From sequence record MZ311865.1: 64,000 nucleotides of DNA; one strand, written 5' to 3'. The stretch comes from Escherichia phage vB_EcoM_LNA2. The translations under genes and the position numbers were made by a program. The stretch's first letter is position 1. Each line of letters begins with the position of its first letter. Of this stretch, positions 24,580-33,523 are shown piece after piece. Under the pieces are notes generated by a model that was given only the letters and a program-made list of their open reading frames with translations, had not been told where the DNA came from and made no database searches.

Positions 24580-25863
24580 ATGAGTAAAATCCAAAAATTA
24601 TTGCGTGAATCTACAACGTCTACTAGCAACTCAATTGGTCGCCCAAATCTCGTTGCTTTGACTCGCGCTACGACTAAATTAATATATTCTGACATTGTAG
24701 CAACACAAAGAACTAATCAACCTGTTGCTGCTTTTTATGGTATCAAATATCTTAACCCAGATAACGAATTCACATTTAAAACTGGTGCTACTTATGCAGG
24801 CGAAGTTGGATATGTAGACCGAGAAAAAATTACCGAACTCACAGAAGAATCAAAAGTCACACTAAATAAAGGTGATTTTTTCAAATATAATAATATCGTC
24901 TATAAGGTGTTAGAAGATACACCATTTGCAGATATTCAAGAAAGTGATCTAGAATTAGCTCTTCAGATTGCAGTCGTTCATTTAAAGGTACGGTTATTTT
25001 CAGATGCAGCGGTAACAAGCAAATTTGAAAGCTCTGATAGCGAAATTTCTGATGCAAGATTCCAGATTAATAAATGGCAAACTTCAGTCAAATCTCGTAA
25101 ACTTAAAACTGGCCTCACGGTCGAATTAGCGCAAGATTTGGAAGCGAATGGATTTGATGCCCCTAACTTCTTAGAAGATTTGCTTGCTACTGAAATGGCC
25201 GATGAAATTAATAAAGATATTCTTCAGTCTTTAATTACTGTATCGAAACGTTATAAAGTTACTGGAATTACTGACACCGGATTTATTGACTTGAGTTATG
25301 CATCAGCTCCAGAAGCAGGTCGTTCATTATATCGAATGGTGTGTGAAATGGTATCACACATTCAAAAAGAGACAACTTATACTGCAACGTTTTGTGTAGC
25401 CTCAGCTCGTGCAGCTGCTATTCTTGCTGCTTCCGGTTGGTTAAAACATAAGCCAGAAGATGACAAGTATCTTTCACAAAATGCTTATGGATTCTTGGCA
25501 AATGGATTACCTCTTTACTGCGATACCAACAGCCCGTTAGATTATGTTATTGTGGGTGTTGTAGAAAATCTCGGCGAAAAAGAAATTGTAGGGTCCATCT
25601 TTTATGCTCCATACACTGAAGGAGTAGATTTAGATGACCCAGAACATGTTGGTGCATTTAAAGTTGTAGTTGATCCAGAAAGCTTGCAACCGTCTATCGG
25701 ATTATTGGTTAGATATGCTTTATCAGCAAATCCTTACACAGTAGCAAAAGATGAAAAAGAAGCGAGAATAATTGATGGCGGGGACATGGATAAAATGGCA
25801 GGACGTTCAGACTTGTCTGTTTTATTAGGTGTTAAACTACCAAAAATTATCATTGATGAATAA
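24580..25863 (+). CDS. 24: Capsid vertex protein gp24
   Basis: 427 aa, same as T4 gp24; late promoter upstream. Confidence 0.95.
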   Translation: MSKIQKLLRESTTSTSNSIGRPNLVALTRATTKLIYSDIVATQRTNQPVAAFYGIKYLNPDNEFTFKTGATYAGEVGYVDREKITELTEESKVTLNKGDFFKYNNIVYKVLEDTPFADIQESDLELALQIAVVHLKVRLFSDAAVTSKFESSDSEISDARFQINKWQTSVKSRKLKTGLTVELAQDLEANGFDAPNFLEDLLATEMADEINKDILQSLITVSKRYKVTGITDTGFIDLSYASAPEAGRSLYRMVCEMVSHIQKETTYTATFCVASARAAAILAASGWLKHKPEDDKYLSQNAYGFLANGLPLYCDTNSPLDYVIVGVVENLGEKEIVGSIFYAPYTEGVDLDDPEHVGAFKVVVDPESLQPSIGLLVRYALSANPYTVAKDEKEARIIDGGDMDKMAGRSDLSVLLGVKLPKIIIDE

Positions 25864-25893
25864 AAAAAAAGGGACCGTAAGGTCCCTTTTTTT
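25862..25893. terminator. Bidirectional terminator between gene 24 and rnlB
   Basis: A-run, GGGACC-GUAA-GGUCCC hairpin, T-run. Confidence 0.8.
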
Positions 25894-25895
25894 CG

Positions 25896-26894
25896 TTATG
25901 ATACTAATTCAATCCATGCAGGACGCAGAACATCTTGCACCATTCGGACCAATTCTTTCTTAACAAGATTCGGATTATCAGATGATGTTAATACAATACC
26001 TTCACGAGAAGTTTCTTCCAGAATATCTTGAACAGTCAATCCCATCACTTTGCCAAAATCTTTTGGCGTTACAGCACCAATCTTAGAAATCACATTATTA
26101 ACACGATTTAATGTAACATAACAAGCTAGAACATCAAGCAAGTTTTTGTCAGTTTCGGTTAATGGAACCTGAGTTTTAATAGGCTTATCAGACTTTTTCT
26201 TTTCGCTGAATTTAGAGTTCTTGCACTTAATAGCTACACGAGTACCGTTTGGCAGCCATTTAGGGAAACAAGGTTTCAGAACATAACCTTCCGCAGTATT
26301 ATCACCAATAACATTAGCATCAAATACGCAATTATTTGCTTCGACAAGGTCTTCTGACGCAGTAGCATTATAAGCGGCTAAGACGGAATCAAGGTCGTTT
26401 GGAATCATGATAAGAGCGTCAAATGTTCCACGACCAAGCATTGGTGCCATTTTAAAACCAAATTCATTACAGAAATCTTGCATTTCGTAATCGGTCAAAT
26501 ACGTATTATCACCACTTTCTGTATTGATAAGGATATCGAACACATAAAAATCTTTTTCACCGTAGTCAACACCTTTCTGGATTCCACCACCGGCGAATTC
26601 ACCGAATACTTGATATGATACGGCTCGAGCTGTATACATGAATTCCTGAACGGCTTTAATAGCTTTATCATACTTCTTGAGTACGATTTCATAACCATAA
26701 AAATCTTCTGCTGGAAGAATAGGGCCTGTGCGCTTGGCGCATGTGACGTTGTCACGTTCAATTATTAACGAGAAGTTGGTCCCATGGATTTTCTCACGTG
26801 CTACCCAAACACCAGTAGTCAAACCATTAGTGTAGAGTTTTTCAATAAACTTAGAGTTGTAGTGGTTTTCAAGACTGCTGTATTTCTTAAACAT
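25896..26894 (-). CDS. rnlB: RNA ligase 2
   Basis: 332 aa; N-terminal nucleotidyltransferase motif (EKIHGTN); T4 position after gene 24. Confidence 0.92.
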   Translation of the reverse strand: MFKKYSSLENHYNSKFIEKLYTNGLTTGVWVAREKIHGTNFSLIIERDNVTCAKRTGPILPAEDFYGYEIVLKKYDKAIKAVQEFMYTARAVSYQVFGEFAGGGIQKGVDYGEKDFYVFDILINTESGDNTYLTDYEMQDFCNEFGFKMAPMLGRGTFDALIMIPNDLDSVLAAYNATASEDLVEANNCVFDANVIGDNTAEGYVLKPCFPKWLPNGTRVAIKCKNSKFSEKKKSDKPIKTQVPLTETDKNLLDVLACYVTLNRVNNVISKIGAVTPKDFGKVMGLTVQDILEETSREGIVLTSSDNPNLVKKELVRMVQDVLRPAWIELVS

Positions 26895-27013
26895 AAATCA
26901 CCATTATAAATAATAATATCAAAATAATTAGCAGAGACTCTGTCTCCGACCAGATGTTTAATTTGAATGGATAGAACCTAGATTCATTATACCATCAAAA
27001 AATGTAAAGCATA

Positions 27014-27265
27014 TTAGAACTTGATTTCTATCCAATGACCATCACGTTGGTCGTGATTAATTTTATACTGAAAGCCATTATCACGTAACCACTGCCCAAC
27101 TTGCTCAGTGATAGTTAAATCATTCTTTGATGGATAGTACGTGAATTGTGTCTGACCTTTGTCAGCAGCTTTCTCTGCCATCACAGAGAAGTTAGCAATA
27201 AAATCACTCAACAAATTAGCTTTAGTGGCCAGAGCCCTTTCTCTTAATTCCTGTGCAAAACTCAT
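27014..27265 (-). CDS. Hypothetical protein (24.2/24.3-like position)
   Basis: 83 aa ORF with ATG; between rnlB and hoc. Confidence 0.6.
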   Translation of the reverse strand: MSFAQELRERALATKANLLSDFIANFSVMAEKAADKGQTQFTYYPSKNDLTITEQVGQWLRDNGFQYKINHDQRDGHWIEIKF

Positions 27266-27468
27266 TTCTTCACCTTTTTGTTAATCAAACGTTTACGGTA
27301 TACAACTTTTTCTTTTGCTTTAAACTTTGACCGAGCTGTCTCGGCTTTAGTCCATAGTAATCCAACTTCTTTAGGTTGTAAACCGATTTTTTGAGCAATT
27401 TCTACGAATGAAAATCCCGCCTCATGTAATGTATAAACTTCAACCTCAGTTCTCATAATCAATCTCAT
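27262..27468 (-). CDS. Hypothetical small protein, possible helix-turn-helix DNA-binding protein
   Basis: 68 aa; central segment FSFVEIAQKIGLQPKEVG resembles an HTH; basic C-terminus. Confidence 0.55.
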   Translation of the reverse strand: MRLIMRTEVEVYTLHEAGFSFVEIAQKIGLQPKEVGLLWTKAETARSKFKAKEKVVYRKRLINKKVKK

Positions 27469-27520
27469 GTTATCGAGTTGGTGCCATTATATACATCAAT
27501 CTCAAGTTGTGTTTTTATGC

Positions 27521-27550
27521 TTTAAAAACGAAGAAAGGGGCCGAAGCCCC
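27521..27550 (-). terminator. Terminator downstream of hoc
   Basis: GGGGC-UUCG-GCCCC on the minus-strand transcript followed by U-rich tract. Confidence 0.7.
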
Positions 27551-27556
27551 TTACGA

Positions 27557-28972
27557 TTATGGATATGTATAGATGATACCAGTTTCTAAAGCAGTTTTAT
27601 GGATGATGTATCCATTACGTGATTCTTGAACATCAACTTCTGGGTAGTCTTTCATCATCTTCTGAAGAGTATAACGATGCAAGTAGTATTTACTATCTGG
27701 ATCGTCAATTTTCCAATCTTTACCTTCTTCAGTCATTTTTTGGATTTCATCCATAACCCACCATCCGCACCAGATGTAAGCTGAAGTACGATGTGGAAGA
27801 GGATGAACATAAGGTAGTTCACCTTCTGGTTCAACTGGAGTCCGTTCAGCAATGACAACTTCAGCGGTTGAACTAATTGTCTTTGAAGTATAATTATCTT
27901 TAGTTAATACTGCTTCAACTTTAATTGTATGAGTACCCGCTGTGGAGGTATCAATACTATAAGTATTAGTAGAATTACTTTCTGCTACATTGTCTTTCTT
28001 CCAAGAGTACACAATATTAGTATCACCAGGAGCACCAGTAACAGATGCTGTTAAAGTTGCAGTTTCACCAACAGTAGTATTAACTGATGACGGAGATAAA
28101 GAAATGGTGGCACTATTAAATGTCGCATTATTAGTTACTACTGTTGCTTCTGCTGAAATTTCTTTTGTAACATAATTTGTTGCAGAAACAGATGCGGTGC
28201 ATTTAAGAGTTTTACTTCCGACTTTGGTTGGAGTGAATTTATACGTAGCAGAAGTTGCATCCGGAATATTACTGTCATCCATTGACCATTGGAATGTTAT
28301 AGTAGCACCTGAAGGTGCACTAGAGACATTTGCAGTTAAAGTAATAGGAACACCAAAGACTGTAGTCGGAGACTCTGGTGTAATTTTTAGCGTTGAAGAA
28401 TTAGCCTTTTTATTTACAGTCAAAGAAACCGCTGATGATTCTACCGTTTTATCAACGTAATCAGTTGCAGTCACTGTGGCAGAGCAAGTTATAGACTTAG
28501 TTCCTTCAGATGTTGGTGTATATTCAAAGGTTGATTGTTTTTGACCGTCGACAGCGACCCCGTCAACTTTCCATGTATAAGCAATAGCAGCACCACTAGG
28601 TTGATTGCTTACATTAGCAGTGAATGTTGTTGCTGTTCCAATTTCTACTGCCGCCGGAGAAGCCGGAGTAACAGCGACGGTAGAATTATTTTCTTTCTTA
28701 TTAACAGTGATAGTTGTTGACGCTTCAGCTATTTCCGGATCTCCTGCGGAAAGTGTATTAGTTGCAACCACTTTAATTTTTTTTGTTCCTGCTGGAGAAG
28801 CAAGAGTATAATCCATTGTAGCAGCCGTAGAATCCTGTGCTATATCATCTACAGTCCAGACGTATGTAATAGTACCGTCCGGAGTTTCACCTGCAGGTGT
28901 AGCAGTGAATGTTTGTGAACCTCCAATAACCCCTGTAGGAGTTAAAGGAGATAACGTGACAGTGAATGCCAT
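27557..28972 (-). CDS. hoc: Highly immunogenic outer capsid protein Hoc with four Ig-like repeats
   Basis: 471 aa; C-terminal capsid-binding region (ELPYVHPLPHR...IIYTYP) resembles T4 Hoc; four repeats each carrying an I[TAV]YxW[TSK]xDD-type motif. Confidence 0.93.
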   Translation of the reverse strand: MAFTVTLSPLTPTGVIGGSQTFTATPAGETPDGTITYVWTVDDIAQDSTAATMDYTLASPAGTKKIKVVATNTLSAGDPEIAEASTTITVNKKENNSTVAVTPASPAAVEIGTATTFTANVSNQPSGAAIAYTWKVDGVAVDGQKQSTFEYTPTSEGTKSITCSATVTATDYVDKTVESSAVSLTVNKKANSSTLKITPESPTTVFGVPITLTANVSSAPSGATITFQWSMDDSNIPDATSATYKFTPTKVGSKTLKCTASVSATNYVTKEISAEATVVTNNATFNSATISLSPSSVNTTVGETATLTASVTGAPGDTNIVYSWKKDNVAESNSTNTYSIDTSTAGTHTIKVEAVLTKDNYTSKTISSTAEVVIAERTPVEPEGELPYVHPLPHRTSAYIWCGWWVMDEIQKMTEEGKDWKIDDPDSKYYLHRYTLQKMMKDYPEVDVQESRNGYIIHKTALETGIIYTYP

Positions 28973-28981
28973 AAGTTATCC

Positions 28982-29650
28982 TTATTTTAATGTTACGAAA
29001 GAAGAATTACGAGTTTCGCGAATTAGAACTGATCCATCGCGATTAATATAATAAATTAAGCTAAATAATGTTTGGTGTGCCGACGCATGTTCAAAACTGG
29101 TTGGGCGAGATTTCCAATCAGGTGTTTCGGCTATCCATTGATAAATCCACCAAGGAACAGTAACATACCCTGGGCCTTTGCCTAATTTAATAAGCGTAGG
29201 ACTAAAATTTTCAGGCAGAACAAATTTTACTTCTTTATTTACTTCTGGCTCAGGCTCTTTTTCAGATTCAACAACCTGAGTAATTGCTTCTTCAAATTTA
29301 TCATGGTCGAATTCTATTTCTTGTTCGACAACTTCTAATACTTCAACTTGTTCTGTTGGAGAATCAAACAACAGAATAGCTTCTTCTTTAACTTCTTCGT
29401 TGGTGAAATTAACACCGTCTACATCATCTGCGGCAGTAATTAAATCAGTGATAGATAATCCATCAGTTTCAGGTAATGGTTCATCAGCCAGTGCGTTAAG
29501 AGCTTCTTCGATATCAATAACAATATTATCGAATGATTTTGTTTTCTTAACACTAATACCAAATTGTTCCGCATATTCAGACAGTTTAGCTTTGGCTTCC
29601 TTTTTATCAGAAAGAGCACGTAACTCTTCAATATAGTCTTTATCGATCAT
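28982..29650 (-). CDS. inh: Prohead protease inhibitor Inh
   Basis: 222 aa acidic protein immediately downstream of hoc as in T4. Confidence 0.8.
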   Translation of the reverse strand: MIDKDYIEELRALSDKKEAKAKLSEYAEQFGISVKKTKSFDNIVIDIEEALNALADEPLPETDGLSITDLITAADDVDGVNFTNEEVKEEAILLFDSPTEQVEVLEVVEQEIEFDHDKFEEAITQVVESEKEPEPEVNKEVKFVLPENFSPTLIKLGKGPGYVTVPWWIYQWIAETPDWKSRPTSFEHASAHQTLFSLIYYINRDGSVLIRETRNSSFVTLK

Positions 29651-29663
29651 GGTATTTCCTCAT

Positions 29664-29671
29664 TATAAATA
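29664..29671 (+). promoter_or_regulatory. Late promoter for uvsW
   Basis: Exact TATAAATA 30 bp before the uvsW ATG. Confidence 0.65.
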
Positions 29672-29700
29672 TAACTATATTTATTACATGGTAATTTGAC

Positions 29701-31215
29701 ATGACTGACATTAAAGTACATTTTTATGATTTTAGTCACGTGCGCATTGAATGCGACGAAAGTACGTTTTACGAACTTCGTGACTTTTTTAGCTTTGAAG
29801 CTGACGGGTATAAATTTAACCCAAAATATCGCTATGGGCAATGGGATGGTAGAATTCGACTTTTAGATTACAACCGTTTGTTACCATATGGACTTGTAGG
29901 ACAAATAAAAAAGTTCTGTAGCAATATGAGTTATTCTGTATGGATTGACCCTAAAATCTTTGAGACCGAAGACCTTACCAGAGAAGATTTTGACGCATGG
30001 CTTTCTAAACAAGAAATTTATTCGGGCAACACCAAAATCGAACCACATTGGTATCAAAAAGATGCAGTATATGAAGGACTAGTTAATCGTCGTCGAATTT
30101 TAAACCTTCCGACATCAGCAGGTAAATCACTAATCCAAGCACTTTTAGCTCGGTATTATTTAGAGAACTATGAAGGTAAAATTCTCATTATCGTCCCTAC
30201 AACAGCATTGACAACCCAGATGGCTAATGATTTTGTTGATTATCGCTTGTTTAGTCATTCGATGATTAAGAAAATTGGCGGTGGTGCTGATAAAGCGGAC
30301 AAATCTAAAAGTGATGCTCCAATTATTGTTGGCACATGGCAAACGGTAGTTAAGCAGCCTAAAGAATGGTTCTCTCAGTTCGGTATGATGATGAACGATG
30401 AATGCCACTTAGCAACAGGCAAAAGTATTTCTTCAATCATCTCAGGATTAAATAATTGCATGTTTAAATTCGGATTATCCGGCTCATTAAGAGACGGAAA
30501 AGCCAATGTAATGCAGTATGTAGGCATGTTCGGCGAAATCTTCCGTCCTGTTAGCACGTCTAAATTAATGGAAGACGGACAGGTAACCGAGCTTAAGATT
30601 AATAGTATTTTCCTTCGTTATCCGGACGAATTCGCCACCAAATTAAAAGGTAAAACATACCAAGAAGAAGTTAAAATTATTACCGGACTAAAACGACGTA
30701 CAAAGTGGATTGCTCAACTTTCAGTCAAATTGGCTAAGAAAGACGAGAACGCCTTTGTAATGTTTAAACACGTTACACACGGTAAAGAAATATTTGAAGC
30801 TATTAAAGAGCTTGGATACGAAAAAGTTTATTACGTATCAGGTGAAGTTGATACTGAAACACGTAACGCGCTTAAAGTCATGGCAGAAAATGGTAAAGGC
30901 ATTATTATTGTCGCATCATATGGAGTATTCTCTACTGGTATTTCAGTCAAGAATCTTCATCATGTTATTTTTGCCCATGGTGTTAAATCAAAAATTATCG
31001 TACTTCAAACCGTAGGTCGCGTGCTTCGTAAGCATGGTTCTAAAGCTGTTGCTACAGTTTGGGATCTCATCGATGACGCAGGTGTAAAACCTAAATCATT
31101 AAATACTAAAAAGAAGTATACTCATCTTAATTACTTGTTAAAACACGGTATTGATCGTATCCAACGTTACGCTGATGAGAAATTTAACTATGTAATGAAA
31201 ACAATTAATTTATAA
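29701..31215 (+). CDS. uvsW: UvsW RNA-DNA / DNA-DNA helicase
   Basis: 504 aa; helicase motifs (PTSAGKS Walker A, DECH box); late promoter upstream; T4 synteny. Confidence 0.94.
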   Translation: MTDIKVHFYDFSHVRIECDESTFYELRDFFSFEADGYKFNPKYRYGQWDGRIRLLDYNRLLPYGLVGQIKKFCSNMSYSVWIDPKIFETEDLTREDFDAWLSKQEIYSGNTKIEPHWYQKDAVYEGLVNRRRILNLPTSAGKSLIQALLARYYLENYEGKILIIVPTTALTTQMANDFVDYRLFSHSMIKKIGGGADKADKSKSDAPIIVGTWQTVVKQPKEWFSQFGMMMNDECHLATGKSISSIISGLNNCMFKFGLSGSLRDGKANVMQYVGMFGEIFRPVSTSKLMEDGQVTELKINSIFLRYPDEFATKLKGKTYQEEVKIITGLKRRTKWIAQLSVKLAKKDENAFVMFKHVTHGKEIFEAIKELGYEKVYYVSGEVDTETRNALKVMAENGKGIIIVASYGVFSTGISVKNLHHVIFAHGVKSKIIVLQTVGRVLRKHGSKAVATVWDLIDDAGVKPKSLNTKKKYTHLNYLLKHGIDRIQRYADEKFNYVMKTINL

Positions 31216-31227
31216 GGGCTTCGGCCC
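31216..31227 (+). other. UUCG hairpin between uvsW and uvsW.1
   Basis: GGGC-UUCG-GCCC immediately before RBS AGGAG. Confidence 0.5.
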
Positions 31228-31240
31228 TTAGGAGATAAAA

Positions 31241-31474
31241 ATGGTACTTGAATTTAAACAATTTTTATACGAAGCATCTATTGACGAATTCATGGGTAAA
31301 ATTGCTAGTTGTCATACCTTAGAAGGGCTTGAAGAATTGGAAGCTTATTATAAGAAACGTATAAAAGAAACGGAATTAAAAGATACAGATGATATTTCTG
31401 TCAGGGATGCCTTAGCAGGTAAGCGTGCCGAACTTGAAGGCGACGATGATGAGGATGAGGAAGAAGACTTCTAA
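31241..31474 (+). CDS. uvsW.1: UvsW.1 small acidic protein
   Basis: 77 aa; immediately after uvsW, preceded by UUCG hairpin and RBS AGGAG. Confidence 0.85.
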   Translation: MVLEFKQFLYEASIDEFMGKIASCHTLEGLEELEAYYKKRIKETELKDTDDISVRDALAGKRAELEGDDDEDEEEDF

Positions 31475-31506
31475 TTAAAAAAAGGCCCGACCTTTTTGGA
31501 AGGGCC
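31475..31506. terminator. Hairpin with flanking A/T runs between convergent uvsW.1 and the 55-aa ORF
   Basis: GGCCC...GGGCC imperfect stem flanked by A-runs (T-run on the minus-strand transcript). Confidence 0.5.
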
Positions 31507-31533
31507 AAAAACCATAGGCAAAAAAAGGTAACA

Positions 31534-31701
31534 CTATAGTAAAAGTTGGGTTTCGTTCAATTGCTCTTCTGAACTTTCTGAAACCGGCAATTGTTGGACA
31601 TAATTATAACAAGGACCAGGATGTGCCGGACCTTTGTCTGTTTCAACAACCAATGCAGAATCGATTGGAGTTTTACAGACAACACAAATCTTATCTGACA
31701 T
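31534..31701 (-). CDS. Hypothetical 55-aa Cys-containing protein (uvsY.-2-like position), below the ORF-track size cutoff
   Basis: ATG preceded by RBS TAGGAGG; MSDKICVVCKTP...PGPCYNY; TATTTATA late promoter about 30 bp upstream; terminator downstream. Confidence 0.6.
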   Translation of the reverse strand: MSDKICVVCKTPIDSALVVETDKGPAHPGPCYNYVQQLPVSESSEEQLNETQLLL

Positions 31702-31730
31702 GATTGCCTCCTAAGTTGAAATTACATATC

Positions 31731-31738
31731 TATTTATA
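31731..31738 (-). promoter_or_regulatory. Late promoter upstream of the 55-aa ORF
   Basis: Forward TATTTATA, that is TATAAATA on the minus strand, 30 bp upstream of the ATG. Confidence 0.55.
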
Positions 31739-31958
31739 CCATTCGCATGCACATATCGATACCCATATCTTTTGTATAAAAATACTCGTCGATGTACCCG
31801 GCAAACTTCCCTTTAATATAAAGGACGTCTTCGCCACAAGGGTGGTCCGCCAGAATACGAATATCCTGGCGACGCAGACGATACTTTTCCATTAAGAATT
31901 TAATTTCAGTTTCAAATTCTTCATCATTATTAAAGGCATCTTCAATTGAATAACGCAT
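31734..31958 (-). CDS. Hypothetical protein (uvsY.-1-like position)
   Basis: 74 aa ORF; its ATG overlaps the uvsY stop (TAATG). Confidence 0.7.
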   Translation of the reverse strand: MRYSIEDAFNNDEEFETEIKFLMEKYRLRRQDIRILADHPCGEDVLYIKGKFAGYIDEYFYTKDMGIDMCMRMV

Positions 31959-32371
31959 TATTGCCCCGCTTCAAATTCTCGCATATCCTGGATATGTTTA
32001 AGTGCAAAACTACGAGACTTAACTGCGTCAAGTGCACCACTACAGAACTCAAGTAAAATTCCCCAGTATTGTAAAGTAGTCTCTATTTTAAGCACATCTT
32101 TATCTGCAGCCAGGACAGTTTTCATTTCAGATTTCTCGTATCGGTCCATACTGAATTCATCACCATCACCTCGTCCCGAGTAGTAGTCTAATCTTGCTTT
32201 TAGAGCAGTTTTCTTCTGAGTCTCTATACGCAACATTTCTTTACGAATAAATGAGTGCTTACGTAGCCATTTGCTGTATAACTTAACATTATTCGCCGTC
32301 TCATATTGCAACTTTGTCGTATCAATAGCTAAGTCTGCGTCTAACTCTTCCTGTAAATCTTCCAGCTTCAT
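31958..32371 (-). CDS. uvsY: Recombination mediator UvsY
   Basis: 137 aa from the internal ATG; MKLEDLQEEL... aligns with T4 UvsY; the ORF-track 164-aa version runs through the middle promoter. Confidence 0.93.
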   Translation of the reverse strand: MKLEDLQEELDADLAIDTTKLQYETANNVKLYSKWLRKHSFIRKEMLRIETQKKTALKARLDYYSGRGDGDEFSMDRYEKSEMKTVLAADKDVLKIETTLQYWGILLEFCSGALDAVKSRSFALKHIQDMREFEAGQ

Positions 32372-32426
32372 AATGTTCTCTCTTTTAACTAATAATCTCC
32401 CGGCTGTATCGGAAGGACCTAAAACC

Positions 32427-32451
32427 ATTATACATAGGTTGCCTTGAAGCA
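32427..32451 (-). promoter_or_regulatory. MotA-dependent middle promoter for uvsY
   Basis: Minus strand reads aaTGCTTCA, 12 bp, TATAAT between gene 25 and uvsY. Confidence 0.65.
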
Positions 32452-32850
32452 TTACACTCTATTGCTTGATGCTAACTGAAGTTTGATTTGTTCGATATCA
32501 TCAGGGTTATCTACGACCGAAAATCTAATCTCTACTATAACTGTATAGTCATCATATACTGGCGTTACACTTACAGAAAGTTTGTCGATGCGCGGCTCAT
32601 AGTTACGGACGGCTGCCTGGATATTACGCTCAATCGTATCAGCTGTAAGCGGTGTCATGTTCTCGAAAAGTTCATCAACCAAATCGCATCCAAATTCAGG
32701 GTCGAAGGGGCGTGAGCCTTTTCTAGTTGTCACTATGCCAAGAAGACTATTTTTAATAGAACGAAGTCCTACAGAACGAGCAACGTCCTTGTTCCAATCC
32801 ATACGCATTTCTGGGTCGATATCTGAATAAAGTTTATTGATATTAGACAT
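32452..32850 (-). CDS. 25: Baseplate wedge protein gp25
   Basis: 132 aa; very high similarity to T4 gp25 (NINKLYSDIDPEM...IKLQLASSNRV). Confidence 0.96.
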   Translation of the reverse strand: MSNINKLYSDIDPEMRMDWNKDVARSVGLRSIKNSLLGIVTTRKGSRPFDPEFGCDLVDELFENMTPLTADTIERNIQAAVRNYEPRIDKLSVSVTPVYDDYTVIVEIRFSVVDNPDDIEQIKLQLASSNRV

Positions 32851-33476
32851 TATAATAACTCAAAGAATTCTTTGAGGCCTCGTATTGTGTGAACGTGTGA
32901 CGCCCCACATTTGGGACATTTAATAGGGGTTGCCAGATAAATTGACGGCGATACCAAAAGATTTTTAATATTGATCATGTCATCTTCTGTTATAAGGCCG
33001 TAAAGGTCGTTTATTTCTGCTTCAGTTAAATCTTCAACAGGGATGGACTCTCCATTGACAAAAACGGCCTCAATACATGAAGCAATCATTAATGCGATAT
33101 TTTTATCGTCAAATAATTTAGGTTGTCGGAACTTAATTTTAATACCACTAAACGAATACCAGGGGTCGGCCTGTTCATCCAATTGGGTGTGCAATAAATT
33201 CATATAGACTTGAAATGAATGCCCACAGGAACAATTCCAGGTGTGTTCTTGATTCACTTCACCTAACGAATGTGCCCACAGATTTACCAACAATAACTCG
33301 GCTTCTTGTTTAGTCAAGTTTTTAGCATTAGAGCAATTAGTGATAATATTGTTCACTGCGGATTCAATAGTACCGGTAGCCCGCGCACCTATGAGTCCTA
33401 AATATTCTTTTAAAGTAAAGGCTCTACAATTCACTTCTTTATCGCCTAAACGTACGGTAAACGTATATTTGTACAT
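32850..33476 (-). CDS. 26: Baseplate hub protein gp26
   Basis: 208 aa; T4 synteny; divergent late promoter upstream. Confidence 0.92.
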   Translation of the reverse strand: MYKYTFTVRLGDKEVNCRAFTLKEYLGLIGARATGTIESAVNNIITNCSNAKNLTKQEAELLLVNLWAHSLGEVNQEHTWNCSCGHSFQVYMNLLHTQLDEQADPWYSFSGIKIKFRQPKLFDDKNIALMIASCIEAVFVNGESIPVEDLTEAEINDLYGLITEDDMINIKNLLVSPSIYLATPIKCPKCGASHVHTIRGLKEFFELL

Positions 33477-33494
33477 GTTAACTCCTTTATTGTG

Positions 33495-33502
33495 TATTTA
33501 TA
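33495..33502 (-). promoter_or_regulatory. Late promoter for genes 26-25 (divergent pair)
   Basis: Reverse-complement TATAAATA overlapping the plus-strand copy by 4 bp. Confidence 0.7.
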
Positions 33503-33506
33503 AATA
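33499..33506 (+). promoter_or_regulatory. Late promoter for gene 51 (divergent pair)
   Basis: TATAAATA within TATTTATAAATA in the 26/51 divergent spacer. Confidence 0.7.
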
Positions 33507-33523
33507 ATAGAAAAGGAGTAATT

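Noticed and set aside
31958-32452. 164-aa version of uvsY from the ORF track
   Set aside because: The extra N-terminal 27 codons overlap a clear MotA-box middle promoter; homology to T4 UvsY begins at the internal Met.
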